A DNA stretch of 27,360 nucleotides from a virus (IMGVR_UViG_2695420569_000030); one strand, 5' to 3'; counted from the first letter of the stretch, positions 8,227 through 17,166 are shown. Notes: generated by a model from the letters alone, not told the origin. Made by a program: numbers and translations.

Positions 8227-10086
8227 TTAGTGAGGGCTGGTTATTACGTAGTCGCTCTGGTCATCCTCTCCCAGCCTCTCAGGTATTAAATCGTTGAAGG
8301 AAATAGTATTACTCTTAGGTTTTTCTTCAATTGGAAGTTCAGCTACCCTTAATTTGAGCGGCATGGGGCAGACGATACCACTAAAAATACAGGTTCCTGT
8401 AGATAGCGTTGGAATCGACTCTTCAGTCAGTCGATCTATATATGATACTGATTTTTCAATTGCGTACAGATCATTCTGATTAATAAGGCGATGAATAAAA
8501 TAATTGTGTGCTTGGGATATGATTGTCGACGATATATCATTAGGGCGTTGACTGGAAATTGTGATAAAAACTCCAAATTTTCTCCCCTCCTTTATGATTT
8601 CCTCAAAAGTTTCCAGACGATAATCTCTCCAACTTTCCGTTTCCCGAAAAGAAGTATTAGACAAAATATTGTGGGCTTCATCTATAATGATGTGCAGTGT
8701 AGATTTCTCTGTAGACATTTTCTTCATATTGTAAGCCCACTTGGCTATCAAAAGAGGAAGCGTTTTTTTCATGGTTATATTAACCATATTTAGATTCACA
8801 ACCGTGAAATTATGTTCACCCCAAAAGTCAGACTGTCCGGAAGTATCAAATATTTTGGCTATATCTTTACGGTTAGCACTCATTCTATTTATAACTGGTG
8901 AAATATGTTCAGGGTTAGACTTGTTAGATAAATATTCCTGTATTAACTGTAAGTACATAAAGTCCAACAGTTCTTCAATCATATCAGTTTTAAATAAAAA
9001 ATTGCTTGCAAGACTGAATAGATAGGAGCGCTCAGTATCAGCTTCTGTATTGAAAATACTACCACCCCTCAATTTCCATTTATATGCAGTTGAATGATAC
9101 TCAAGATCAGATATAAGTTCTGGGTCATCTTTGAAAATTGGGCTAAGAAACTGATTTATAGTATCGCATTTGGGTTTGTCGCTACTAAAGAGATTTTGTC
9201 TGACTTTTTTCTTCAGGATATTGCGCATAAACTCAAGAGGATTATCAGCAGTCATCACTTTCTTGCGAAACTCAAGAACTCTCTTCAGGAAAGGTTTCTG
9301 TGTTTTGTCTGTTGCATCGGTTAGAACTGAGAGCATATCATGCTCAAGTAGAACCTCTCTGGGTAGAGGAAGTTTGTCACCATTTGCATGGTGCGTGTTG
9401 AGATTATAAACCGTCTTCTCGTCAGTAATACAGCGTGGGGCAGTATATTCTCCATTAAAGTCGAATAGAATAAATTTGCATCTTTCACTAAAGTGGTTGC
9501 CGAGAATATGTTTAACTTGGGCAATACCTGCTTTGTATAGCGCGGCTAGGGTATTTGACTTTCCGCTGCCTGTATTACCGAAAATGGCAATGTGGGAATT
9601 AATAAGACCATTGATTGGTAGTGCAATTTCAATATCTTCAAGATCTGTACGAGTAAACCTCATTACAGTTTCGTCTGCATTAGCTATCTGATGAACCGTT
9701 TGTATCATCTCTTCAGTTACCACGAAGACTTCATTGCCGATGAGAGGTAGTTCACGCGAACCACCAATGAAGCAACCAGTACGATCAATGTAACCCGTAA
9801 GAGTAGAGGTCAGGTATCGCCGATATCGCCAGGCATCACTGCCGCTCCCAGCGAGATGTTTTTCCTCAATGATTCGTTCCGCTTCAACCTTGCCGATCAG
9901 GCTCATGAAACCTTTTTTGATCTCAATGAAGCTACCCACTGATACATTTCTTAGAACTTTTCCCTGATAAAACAAGTCACTGAGATTTTTGTTTTTATCG
10001 ACCAAAATTGTCACAGCGCGTCCAGAAACCTCACAGACTTCGCCTATACGGAGCACCGCTTCCTCTTCAGTAAAATGCCTGCTCAT
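8227..10086 (-). CDS. HerA-like P-loop ATPase (partner of SIR2)
   Basis: Walker A GNTGSGKSNT and Walker B HIIIDEAH. Start taken at the ATG that forms an ATGA overlap with the SIR2 stop; the track ORF extends 7 codons further. Confidence 0.8.
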   Translation of the reverse strand: MSRHFTEEEAVLRIGEVCEVSGRAVTILVDKNKNLSDLFYQGKVLRNVSVGSFIEIKKGFMSLIGKVEAERIIEEKHLAGSGSDAWRYRRYLTSTLTGYIDRTGCFIGGSRELPLIGNEVFVVTEEMIQTVHQIANADETVMRFTRTDLEDIEIALPINGLINSHIAIFGNTGSGKSNTLAALYKAGIAQVKHILGNHFSERCKFILFDFNGEYTAPRCITDEKTVYNLNTHHANGDKLPLPREVLLEHDMLSVLTDATDKTQKPFLKRVLEFRKKVMTADNPLEFMRNILKKKVRQNLFSSDKPKCDTINQFLSPIFKDDPELISDLEYHSTAYKWKLRGGSIFNTEADTERSYLFSLASNFLFKTDMIEELLDFMYLQLIQEYLSNKSNPEHISPVINRMSANRKDIAKIFDTSGQSDFWGEHNFTVVNLNMVNITMKKTLPLLIAKWAYNMKKMSTEKSTLHIIIDEAHNILSNTSFRETESWRDYRLETFEEIIKEGRKFGVFITISSQRPNDISSTIISQAHNYFIHRLINQNDLYAIEKSVSYIDRLTEESIPTLSTGTCIFSGIVCPMPLKLRVAELPIEEKPKSNTISFNDLIPERLGEDDQSDYVITSPH

Positions 10087-11126
10087 CTCGAGCCTCCCAG
10101 ATAGCACGTGATAATGTTATTCATTACCGGAAAATCAACATTTCTTCCCGGCCGATAAATAATCTCTACGTTTGAGTAATCCCGAAATTTCTCCATAAAG
10201 CCGTTAACACTGGCCTCATCGAAAGCAAAGATCAGTAGCTTCAGGGTGGCGTTGCGCAGGGCTTTTTTAGTTATCGTTTCAATGTGCTCATCAGCAAACG
10301 AGAACCCAAAGACAATTAGTAAAGTTGCTTCTTTATCAAGCTCGTTGGAATAGGTTCTCAGTAAATCATAATAAACGTTCTGTAGTAGAGTCTCTTTAAA
10401 CTTCTCCTTACGTGGAAGAATAAGTGCATGAGCAAGTACCCATCCTTTCATTTCGGCTAGGGTGGGAAAGTCAAGCGGCTTAATATCTGCAATACGATAA
10501 ATGATTTTCCCTTTAGAATGCTGCCAAGAGAGCGAACCATGAAGTTTTATAAGGTTAACAGTAGGAAGCTCAACTTTATAATTATACAGATTTCCGGTTG
10601 CACTTACAGAATGATTAAAGCTACCCGCATCAAATTCCGCATCTCCCAAAATACTTGCTCTTCTATTGAATCCATCATTAAAAAGAATATTGTTATTACG
10701 TGTGGCAGCTTCTTCGATGAATAAATCATAATTAGTTGTAAAAACGTTAATACGCCTCGGAAGTAGGCCAGTTCGGCGGCGGGTCAGTATCTTTTCCAGT
10801 GAAGACATAAATGCATCATAATTTGCACGGGTACATTCCAAATCGGTGATCACCTGAGGTGCGAAGGGGGTGCCGTAGCCGCGCTTCAACATGCATTCAT
10901 GAGGTAGCCAAACATCTGACAAAAAGTCAGCTGCCATCCTTAAGTATTCATCTTCCTGTTCATCATTAATAAGCTGCTGAAGATCCGTTTCGATTGTCCC
11001 CAGTACTTTAATCGCTGGGAGGGATGCACCTGATCCGATGAGAAAGTTAATGTTAGCTGACTGAAATATCCGCTCTAAGTAGTCTCGGTCACTATCGTTA
11101 CCGTAGTATGCGCGCTTGACTGCCAT
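10083..11126 (-). CDS. SIR2-like domain protein (defence-type, predicted NADase)
   Basis: Motifs GSGAS, VFTTNYDLFIEEA and IKLHGS, characteristic of defence-associated SIR2 domains. ATG at 11126 with AGGA RBS; the track start at 11141 is a TTG. Confidence 0.75.
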   Translation of the reverse strand: MAVKRAYYGNDSDRDYLERIFQSANINFLIGSGASLPAIKVLGTIETDLQQLINDEQEDEYLRMAADFLSDVWLPHECMLKRGYGTPFAPQVITDLECTRANYDAFMSSLEKILTRRRTGLLPRRINVFTTNYDLFIEEAATRNNNILFNDGFNRRASILGDAEFDAGSFNHSVSATGNLYNYKVELPTVNLIKLHGSLSWQHSKGKIIYRIADIKPLDFPTLAEMKGWVLAHALILPRKEKFKETLLQNVYYDLLRTYSNELDKEATLLIVFGFSFADEHIETITKKALRNATLKLLIFAFDEASVNGFMEKFRDYSNVEIIYRPGRNVDFPVMNNIITCYLGGSR

Positions 11127-11550
11127 CTTATCCTTCCACAAAACATTGGATTAGTCTGTAATTTATTTAATCTTAACGCCGAGCTCAATACTTTAACATC
11201 ACTTCTTCTGGCGATTGCTATGAGCCCTTCTTGATAAAAAGTTCGATCGGGAAACTGATCCTTTATGCCACAAGTTTTCTAGCTATCCTCAAAAAATTGG
11301 TGTTAAAACTGTGCCAACAAAGTTGCAAGGTTCGCTTCTCGCTCACAGCGAACTTTCATCTTTGTAAACCCGTATGATTCGCTTTTCAGCAGTCATTCAG
11401 ATACGGATTTACGCTTCCCTTGGCAGCGCATGACTATGACGCATGAGATCGCATGATCGTTTGAGGATCGTTTTTGCTGAAGTCAGCCAGAACTGGCGTG
11501 CTTTTGCTTATGTCATGCAGGTGCATGAAAACCACTACATAAAGCGGGCA

Positions 11551-11569
11551 GGCGTGGCGGGGATACGAG
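11551..11569. other. Candidate cos (cohesive-end) site
   Basis: GGCGTGGCGGGGA followed by GCGCGCGCT resembles the 19-nt cohesive ends of P2/186 as I recall them (GGCG[A/T]GGCGGGGAAAGCA...). It lies in the intergenic region between the two cargo operons. Recalled from memory, not verified. Confidence 0.3.
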
Positions 11570-11721
11570 CGCGCGCTAAGTCATATAAGAGTTATATATT
11601 GATTTGATTGCTGGACATGCATACAGTATCGCTCTATCATCTAATAAATCTTAGAGTATTTGACAATGTTTGGATAAAATGGAACCTAACTTATTCATAA
11701 TCCGCTAAACAGGGATGTCAG

Positions 11722-12636
11722 ATGCCATACCAATTGGTAGAGCTTAGCCCCGTAGCTAACGATCTTGAACAGTTAGGAACCAAAGAGAAGTTTTGGTTCT
11801 ATTTCTCCGATGACACTGTAAATTTGCAGTTGTTTAAGTACTCTAGGCCAGGTACTGGCGAGCATTGGTCTGAAAAGTGTGCTGCTGAGTTATGTCATTT
11901 GCTTAACATTCCACATGCTAGCTATGATTTGGCGCGATACAATGGTCGATTCGGTGTGGTGACTCAGAATATCATTCCATCTGGTTTCCGGATGGTAATG
12001 GGAAATGAAGTGCTTCACAGTTCGACATTCGATTATCCTGGGTCTTTACAAGCCGGGGAAAAGCCGGTAAGGGTCAGAGAACACACTGTCACAAGGGTAT
12101 TGGGTTGTTTAGATAGGGAATCTATCAAGCCTCCTCCGAGTGTATATGATCTAACCGGGCTAAATGCAGCAGATGTATTTTGTGGATATTTGATGCTCGA
12201 TGCACTTGTGAGTAATCAAGATCGCCATCATGAAAATTGGGCGATCATGCTTAACAATGAAACTGGTGAGCAGTTTTTGTGTCCAACATACGATCATGCC
12301 GCTAGTTTAGGAAGGGAGATGTTAGATGATGAGCGTAACGAACGGCTTAATACTAAAGATAAAAATCGACAAATCCCATGTTTTGTAAGAAAAGCTCGCT
12401 CTGAGCTATTCAAAGCAAAAACTGATAAAAAGCCCTTGCTGACCGTTGAAGCATTTCAACATGCAGTTGAAGGGAGAGTTGCCGCTCGCGACCATTGGTT
12501 AGGTAAGTTGAGCGTTTTAACAGAAGATTCCATTACAGATGTGTTTAACCAAGTGCCTTCATCGTGTATATCCGACAGTGCACGTAGATTTGCAACGTTA
12601 ATGGTAATGGAAAATCGCAGAAGGTTACTAGAATGA
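11722..12636 (+). CDS. HipA-family serine/threonine kinase (short, HipT-like core)
   Basis: Catalytic-loop motif SNQDRHHENW (HipA D-x-H-x-x-N), downstream CPTYDHA (HipA activation-region PFYD) and a Gly-rich-loop-like GTKEKF. 304 aa, shorter than canonical HipA. Confidence 0.75.
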   Translation: MPYQLVELSPVANDLEQLGTKEKFWFYFSDDTVNLQLFKYSRPGTGEHWSEKCAAELCHLLNIPHASYDLARYNGRFGVVTQNIIPSGFRMVMGNEVLHSSTFDYPGSLQAGEKPVRVREHTVTRVLGCLDRESIKPPPSVYDLTGLNAADVFCGYLMLDALVSNQDRHHENWAIMLNNETGEQFLCPTYDHAASLGREMLDDERNERLNTKDKNRQIPCFVRKARSELFKAKTDKKPLLTVEAFQHAVEGRVAARDHWLGKLSVLTEDSITDVFNQVPSSCISDSARRFATLMVMENRRRLLE

Positions 12637-13373
12637 CTAATACAAACTCCGTTTACGTCGCATGGCAGGCACCAGATACCAGAGACTGGCATGTTGTTGG
12701 TAACTTGCAAGAGCGCAAATCGGGGTATGTTTTCAGGTATACCAAAGGTGCTCTCAAATCTACTAAATTTACAAAGTTTAGCGGCATGAGTGATGTTCGT
12801 GAAACTTATGTTTCGGAAGAATTGTTTCCTCTTTTTAAAAATCGCCTTTTATCACCGAGACGTCCAGAGTATCCGAGTTTCATTAAATGGCTTGGATTTG
12901 AAGAAGATAAGGTAAATCCTATCGATATTCTTGCTCGCTCGGGAGGCTTACGAAGCACTGATCAGCTGCAGATTTTCAAAAAAATTGATGTTGATTCTGA
13001 TGGTAACTTTGAGCATTTTTTCTTCTTACATGGACTTGGTTACTTAAATAGCTTAGCTAATGCTCGTGTATCTGAATTGAAACCGGGGCAAATTTTGCGT
13101 CTTTGCTTGGATCTTCAAAATGAATACGATGGGGATGCTGTTGTCGTTCGTGCAGATAAACCAGCTGAAATCGTTGGTTACTGCCCTAGGTATTTAAGTA
13201 ATGATATCAAGAAGATGTTATTGGATGATCCAAAATCAATCACTTTAACGGTCGAAAAGATTAGCGATGATGCTCCTCATAACTATCGGTTATTATGTAA
13301 ATTATCAGGAGTACTAAGCCAAGCCTGTCAATCGACGCTGATTCCTCAGGATGAGTTTGAACCTATTGAGTAA
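12633..13373 (+). CDS. HipA-N-terminal-like (HipS-like) domain fused to a HIRAN-like domain
   Basis: Start overlaps the kinase stop (ATGA). The N-terminal region (W...VGNL...F.Y, then LFPLFKNRLLSPRRP...IDILARSGGLRS) parallels the HipA N-subdomain 1. The C-terminal region (LHGLGY...LRLCLDLQNEYDGDAVVVRA...IVGYCPRYLS) matches the HIRAN signature. Confidence 0.6.
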   Translation: MTNTNSVYVAWQAPDTRDWHVVGNLQERKSGYVFRYTKGALKSTKFTKFSGMSDVRETYVSEELFPLFKNRLLSPRRPEYPSFIKWLGFEEDKVNPIDILARSGGLRSTDQLQIFKKIDVDSDGNFEHFFFLHGLGYLNSLANARVSELKPGQILRLCLDLQNEYDGDAVVVRADKPAEIVGYCPRYLSNDIKKMLLDDPKSITLTVEKISDDAPHNYRLLCKLSGVLSQACQSTLIPQDEFEPIE

Positions 13374-13379
13374 ATGAAG

Positions 13380-13406
13380 AAAAGCCACCAAACGGTGGCT
13401 TTTCTT
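13380..13406. terminator. Bidirectional rho-independent terminator
   Basis: AAAAGCCACC-aaac-GGTGGCTTTT, a perfect GC-rich stem with an A-tract on one side and a T-tract on the other, between the convergent stops at 13373 and 13408. Confidence 0.55.
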
Positions 13407-13407
13407 A

Positions 13408-14445
13408 TTATGGGACTATATCTAGCGAGTAGGTATTAAACTGTATCGCCTCCTTGCCAAGCCAATCATTCATCTCCTGTAATCGCTTTTGTAGTGGCAT
13501 TAGCTCATTTCGGACGAATACACGGCTTGCCTTCTCCACATCCCCAAACCCCCCAACATTATTCGGCATAATCCCCATCATTTGCGGCGGTACACGATGC
13601 GCCGCCATCATGTCGTCCCGGCTTACGTTCTTGATGTTCAGAAACTCATCCTTTGCCGCCACTTCTGACAGCGGGATGATCTGAAGCCCGTCCTTTTTGC
13701 CGTTAGGCGAGTACATAAACAGGTTGCGGAAGTTGCCCGGACCTTTGGCGCTTTTCATCGCGTTGCGGAGGTTGTTCACATCCTCCTGGTTCTGAGCGGC
13801 ATCGGTCATGTACATTATGAATCCTGCATGGCTGCCATTAATATAATATTTGCGTCGGAACAGCGTGGCGGACTCGTTGAGCAGGGCTGACGGAATGGCA
13901 GAAAGATAGCCGGGCAGGCCGTAGATCTCCTGGTTGATATCGGGTTCCATCAGATGAAAGATGCTGCCTTTCGTGAACTGATACGGCTGGGTTGTCATAC
14001 CGTATTGCACAAACCAGTAGGTATCCAGGTCTAACCCGCGTCGGGTGTATTTTGCCAGCGCAGGCTCAAGGGCGATAATTTCACCGAACCGGTTCGTGCG
14101 TTTCTCCAGGTAGGCGTTACCAAATACCAGATAGTCCTGCACAAAACGTGAAAAAGCCTGCTGGCTGAGCAGCGGGTGAGGGATGTAGGTGCTGGTCAGA
14201 ATGTTGCATTTCACCGCAATCGGTGAGCTATGATGCACGGCGGCGCGGAAGGTTCGCGCCAGTCCGTCGAAACTCACTGGTGGCTCATACCAGCGGTCCA
14301 TCTGTACGCATTCCACATAGTCCAGTAATTCGCGGCGGTCCAGAACAGGAACGGGATCGCCGAAGCTGAATGCTTCGGCTGAAGTCTGGCTTTTATGCTG
14401 GATCTGATTCATCGCCGCTGCGCGGTTTTTCTTACGCTTTCCCAT
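13408..14445 (-). CDS. Q: Portal protein (P2 gpQ-like)
   Basis: 345 aa from the ATG at 14445, which overlaps the P stop by one nt. Size and position (downstream of the large terminase, next to cos) match P2 Q. Confidence 0.9.
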   Translation of the reverse strand: MGKRKKNRAAAMNQIQHKSQTSAEAFSFGDPVPVLDRRELLDYVECVQMDRWYEPPVSFDGLARTFRAAVHHSSPIAVKCNILTSTYIPHPLLSQQAFSRFVQDYLVFGNAYLEKRTNRFGEIIALEPALAKYTRRGLDLDTYWFVQYGMTTQPYQFTKGSIFHLMEPDINQEIYGLPGYLSAIPSALLNESATLFRRKYYINGSHAGFIMYMTDAAQNQEDVNNLRNAMKSAKGPGNFRNLFMYSPNGKKDGLQIIPLSEVAAKDEFLNIKNVSRDDMMAAHRVPPQMMGIMPNNVGGFGDVEKASRVFVRNELMPLQKRLQEMNDWLGKEAIQFNTYSLDIVP

Positions 14446-16211
14446 CAAAAAATCTCCACAATATTACTGGTATTGGCGGACTCGCCTTGCAGTGGTTCGT
14501 TAAACAGTGCGTGCATTGTTGCCCAGGCCAGATCGGCGTGGCTGGCTTCTTCGCTGCGGCTGGCTTCATAGGTCGGGCGGTTGCCACTGGCGGTGGTGGC
14601 GCGACGGATTGCCATAAATGACTGCGCTATGTCGGTGTGTCCGGCGTCAAACTCCAGACGGCGGTGGCTGATAATGTCGTAGGCCTTGAGTACCAGAGCG
14701 TTTTTAACGTTGGGGTTGTAGACAAACTCCCGGACGGCAGGAAAGAACGCTTTCACGTTCTCATAAACCCCGTGACCGACGCCTGTCGAGTCAATGCCGA
14801 TATAGGTCACGTTGTACTGCTCGGTCAGTTTTTTGATGGCGTCAGCCTGGGCGCGGAAGTCCATTCCGCGCCACTGGTGACGCTCAAGAATGCGGAACTT
14901 ACCGCCCGGCACGGCTGGCGGTGCCACCACCACGCACCCGGCGCTGTCGCCGTTTTGCGTACCTTTTGCCGGGTCATAACCGATCCACACTTCGCGCCAG
15001 CCAAACGGGCGCAGCGCCAGTGCATGAAAGTCGGTCCAGACTTCCCAGCTGTCCACCATGCACCCCTGCAGCTCGCTGAGCGGGAACACGGACGCGAGAT
15101 CGTCCACGAACTCACACATCAGCAGGTTCTGGTATTCATCCGGGCTGTATTCCATGCGTAACTGGTCGAGGTCGAACAAGTTGCAGCCGCCGCGCACCGC
15201 ATCTTCCACAGTGACTATCTGGCGGTACTGCCCGTCTGCGCACAGCAGGCCGGGGGCCAGATTGCTGTGGGACAGGTCGATGTCCACCTTGTCGGCTTTG
15301 TTGCGTCCACGGTTGAACAGCGCACCGGACCAGAACGGATAAGCACTGTGGGTCAGGCTGGATGGCGTGGAAAAATAGGTTTGTCGCCATTTTTTGTGAA
15401 TAGCCATACCGGAAGCCACTTTGCGCAGCTCCTGGAATTTCGGTATCCAGAAATATTCATCCAGATACAGGTTACCGTGATAACTCTGGGCTGTGCGGGC
15501 ATTGGTGCCGAGGAAGTAAAGCGTGGCCCCGTTAGGAAGCACCATCGGATCGCCTTTCAGCTCCACCTCCACTTCTTTGGCGAAGTCGATGATGTACTGC
15601 TTAAAGACGTGGGCCTGTGCCTTACTGGCGGAAAGGAAAATCTGGTTACGTCCGGTCAGCAGGGCGTCAATCAGGGCTTCACGGGCAAAGTAAAAGGTCG
15701 CGCCGATCTGGCGTGACTTCAGCAGGTTGCGGATGCGGTTGGTTTTTCCGGCTTCCCACCAGTGGCGCTGGTAGTTGAACATGGAGGAGTGGAAGATTTC
15801 TTCCAGCTTCTCAATTTGTTCATCGGTGAAAACGTTCTTTTCCGGCTGACGGCGCGGGCCTTTGTTGCGGTTGGCGACGTTAGGGTTTAAGTCGGCTTCG
15901 TTACCGCCATTGTTAAACTTGCCGATGCGCGCGTGGCGCTCCGACTGGCGCGCCAGCAGGTCAATTTCTTTGAAATCTTTCCCTTCTTTGTGCTCCTTCA
16001 TAATGAGCTGGCAGTAGCGTGCGGCGGTGGTGAGCTGCATCTGATCCAGCGGCCCATAGTCACCCCACTTGTCGCGTTTTTTCCAGCTGTGAACGGTTGC
16101 AACTTTCTCGCCCAGCATTTCAGCAATGCGGGCTACGCGGTATCCCTGAAAGTACAGCAGCATGGCCTGCCGACGGGGATCGAGATCTGCGGGTGTCAGT
16201 GTGGTGTTCAT
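14445..16211 (-). CDS. P: Terminase large (ATPase) subunit (P2 gpP-like)
   Basis: 588 aa, divergent from the scaffold gene as in the P2 P-Q/O-N-M-L arrangement. Confidence 0.9.
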   Translation of the reverse strand: MNTTLTPADLDPRRQAMLLYFQGYRVARIAEMLGEKVATVHSWKKRDKWGDYGPLDQMQLTTAARYCQLIMKEHKEGKDFKEIDLLARQSERHARIGKFNNGGNEADLNPNVANRNKGPRRQPEKNVFTDEQIEKLEEIFHSSMFNYQRHWWEAGKTNRIRNLLKSRQIGATFYFAREALIDALLTGRNQIFLSASKAQAHVFKQYIIDFAKEVEVELKGDPMVLPNGATLYFLGTNARTAQSYHGNLYLDEYFWIPKFQELRKVASGMAIHKKWRQTYFSTPSSLTHSAYPFWSGALFNRGRNKADKVDIDLSHSNLAPGLLCADGQYRQIVTVEDAVRGGCNLFDLDQLRMEYSPDEYQNLLMCEFVDDLASVFPLSELQGCMVDSWEVWTDFHALALRPFGWREVWIGYDPAKGTQNGDSAGCVVVAPPAVPGGKFRILERHQWRGMDFRAQADAIKKLTEQYNVTYIGIDSTGVGHGVYENVKAFFPAVREFVYNPNVKNALVLKAYDIISHRRLEFDAGHTDIAQSFMAIRRATTASGNRPTYEASRSEEASHADLAWATMHALFNEPLQGESANTSNIVEIF

Positions 16212-16257
16212 GGCACAAACCTACAGCCTTGAATGACGGCTTTCCCCGCCTGCGGTT

Positions 16258-16275
16258 TGTGTGGTTGTCGGTACA
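16258..16275. promoter_or_regulatory. Late-promoter activator dyad (Ogr/Delta-type TGT-N12-ACA)
   Basis: TTTGTgtggttgtcggtACAAA in the P/O divergent intergenic region, about 85-90 bp upstream of the O start. Coordinates are within about 1 nt. Confidence 0.45.
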
Positions 16276-16353
16276 AATACCGCGCATTGTTTCACTGCCC
16301 CCATCACCGCAACCATAAGGCTCCAGTAAGTTTTTTCTAACGGAGCACGGCTC

Positions 16354-17166
16354 ATGACAGTGAAAACAAAACGTTTTCGCATCGGGGTGGAAGGTGCCAC
16401 CACCGACGGACGCGAAATCCAGCGTGAATGGCTGGAACAGATGGCAGCCAGCTACAACCCGGCGGTGTATACCGCGCTGATTAACCTTGAGCACATCAAG
16501 TCTTATCTGCCGGACAGCACCTTTAACCGCTACGGCAAGGTGACGGCGCTGTTTGCTGAAGAAATCACGGAAGGTCCGCTGGCAGGCAAGATGGCGCTGT
16601 ATGCCGACGTTGAGCCAACGGAGTCCCTGGTGGAACTGGTGAAAAAAGGCCAGAAATTATTCACCTCTATGGAAGTCAGCCCGAAGTTTGCTGATACGGG
16701 CAAAGCCTACCTGGTCGGCCTGGCTGCCACTGATGACCCTGCCAGTCTGGGTACGGAAATGCTGACATTCAGCGCCAGTGCAGCCCATAACCCGCTGGCA
16801 AACCGCAAGCAGAATCCCGCCAATCTTTTTACCGCTGCAGAGGAAACGGTGATCGAACTGGAAGAAATCCAGGAGGACAAACCGTCCCTGTTTGCCCGTG
16901 TCACGGCGCTGTTTACCAAAAAAGAGCAGTCCGATGACGCCCGGTTCTCTGATGTGCATAAGGCCGTGGAGCTGGTCGCCACTGAGCAGCAAAACCTGAG
17001 TGTGCGTACCGAAAAATCCCTGTCTGAGCTGGAGACTGCCCTGCAGGCACAGCAGACCGCCTTTAACGAACTGGTGAATAAGCTGAGTCATGAAGACAGC
17101 CGCCAGGACTACCGCCAACGTGCAACAGGCGGTAACGCCCCCGCTGACACTCTGACCAATTGCTGA
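16354..17166 (+). CDS. O: Capsid scaffolding protein (P2 gpO-like)
   Basis: N-terminus MTVKTKRFRIGVEGATTDGREI... and the central FTSMEVSPKFADTGKAYLVGLAATDDPASLGTE closely parallel P2 gpO as I recall it. Confidence 0.9.
   Translation: MTVKTKRFRIGVEGATTDGREIQREWLEQMAASYNPAVYTALINLEHIKSYLPDSTFNRYGKVTALFAEEITEGPLAGKMALYADVEPTESLVELVKKGQKLFTSMEVSPKFADTGKAYLVGLAATDDPASLGTEMLTFSASAAHNPLANRKQNPANLFTAAEETVIELEEIQEDKPSLFARVTALFTKKEQSDDARFSDVHKAVELVATEQQNLSVRTEKSLSELETALQAQQTAFNELVNKLSHEDSRQDYRQRATGGNAPADTLTNC

Noticed and set aside
8294-9691. Several plus-strand ORFs of 60-100 aa inside the HerA-like gene
   Set aside because: Short ORFs antisense to a gene with clear Walker motifs, in an AT-rich region; no conserved features.
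7498-13407. P2 old/tin-type exclusion genes at the hotspot
   Set aside because: No ORF here resembles an OLD-family ATPase-nuclease. The P-loop ATPase present has HerA-type Walker B (DEAH) and is paired with SIR2.
14637-15716. Plus-strand ORFs of 174 and 149 aa inside the terminase gene P
   Set aside because: Antisense to terminase P; no RBS; low-complexity Ala/Gly/Arg-rich translations.
16195-16325. Apparent 1-nt offsets between my manual base counting and the ORF-track coordinates at line junctions near 16200 and 16320
   Set aside because: Most likely my own counting error rather than a real indel. Track coordinates were used for all CDS, and hand-located motifs carry a 1-2 nt uncertainty.
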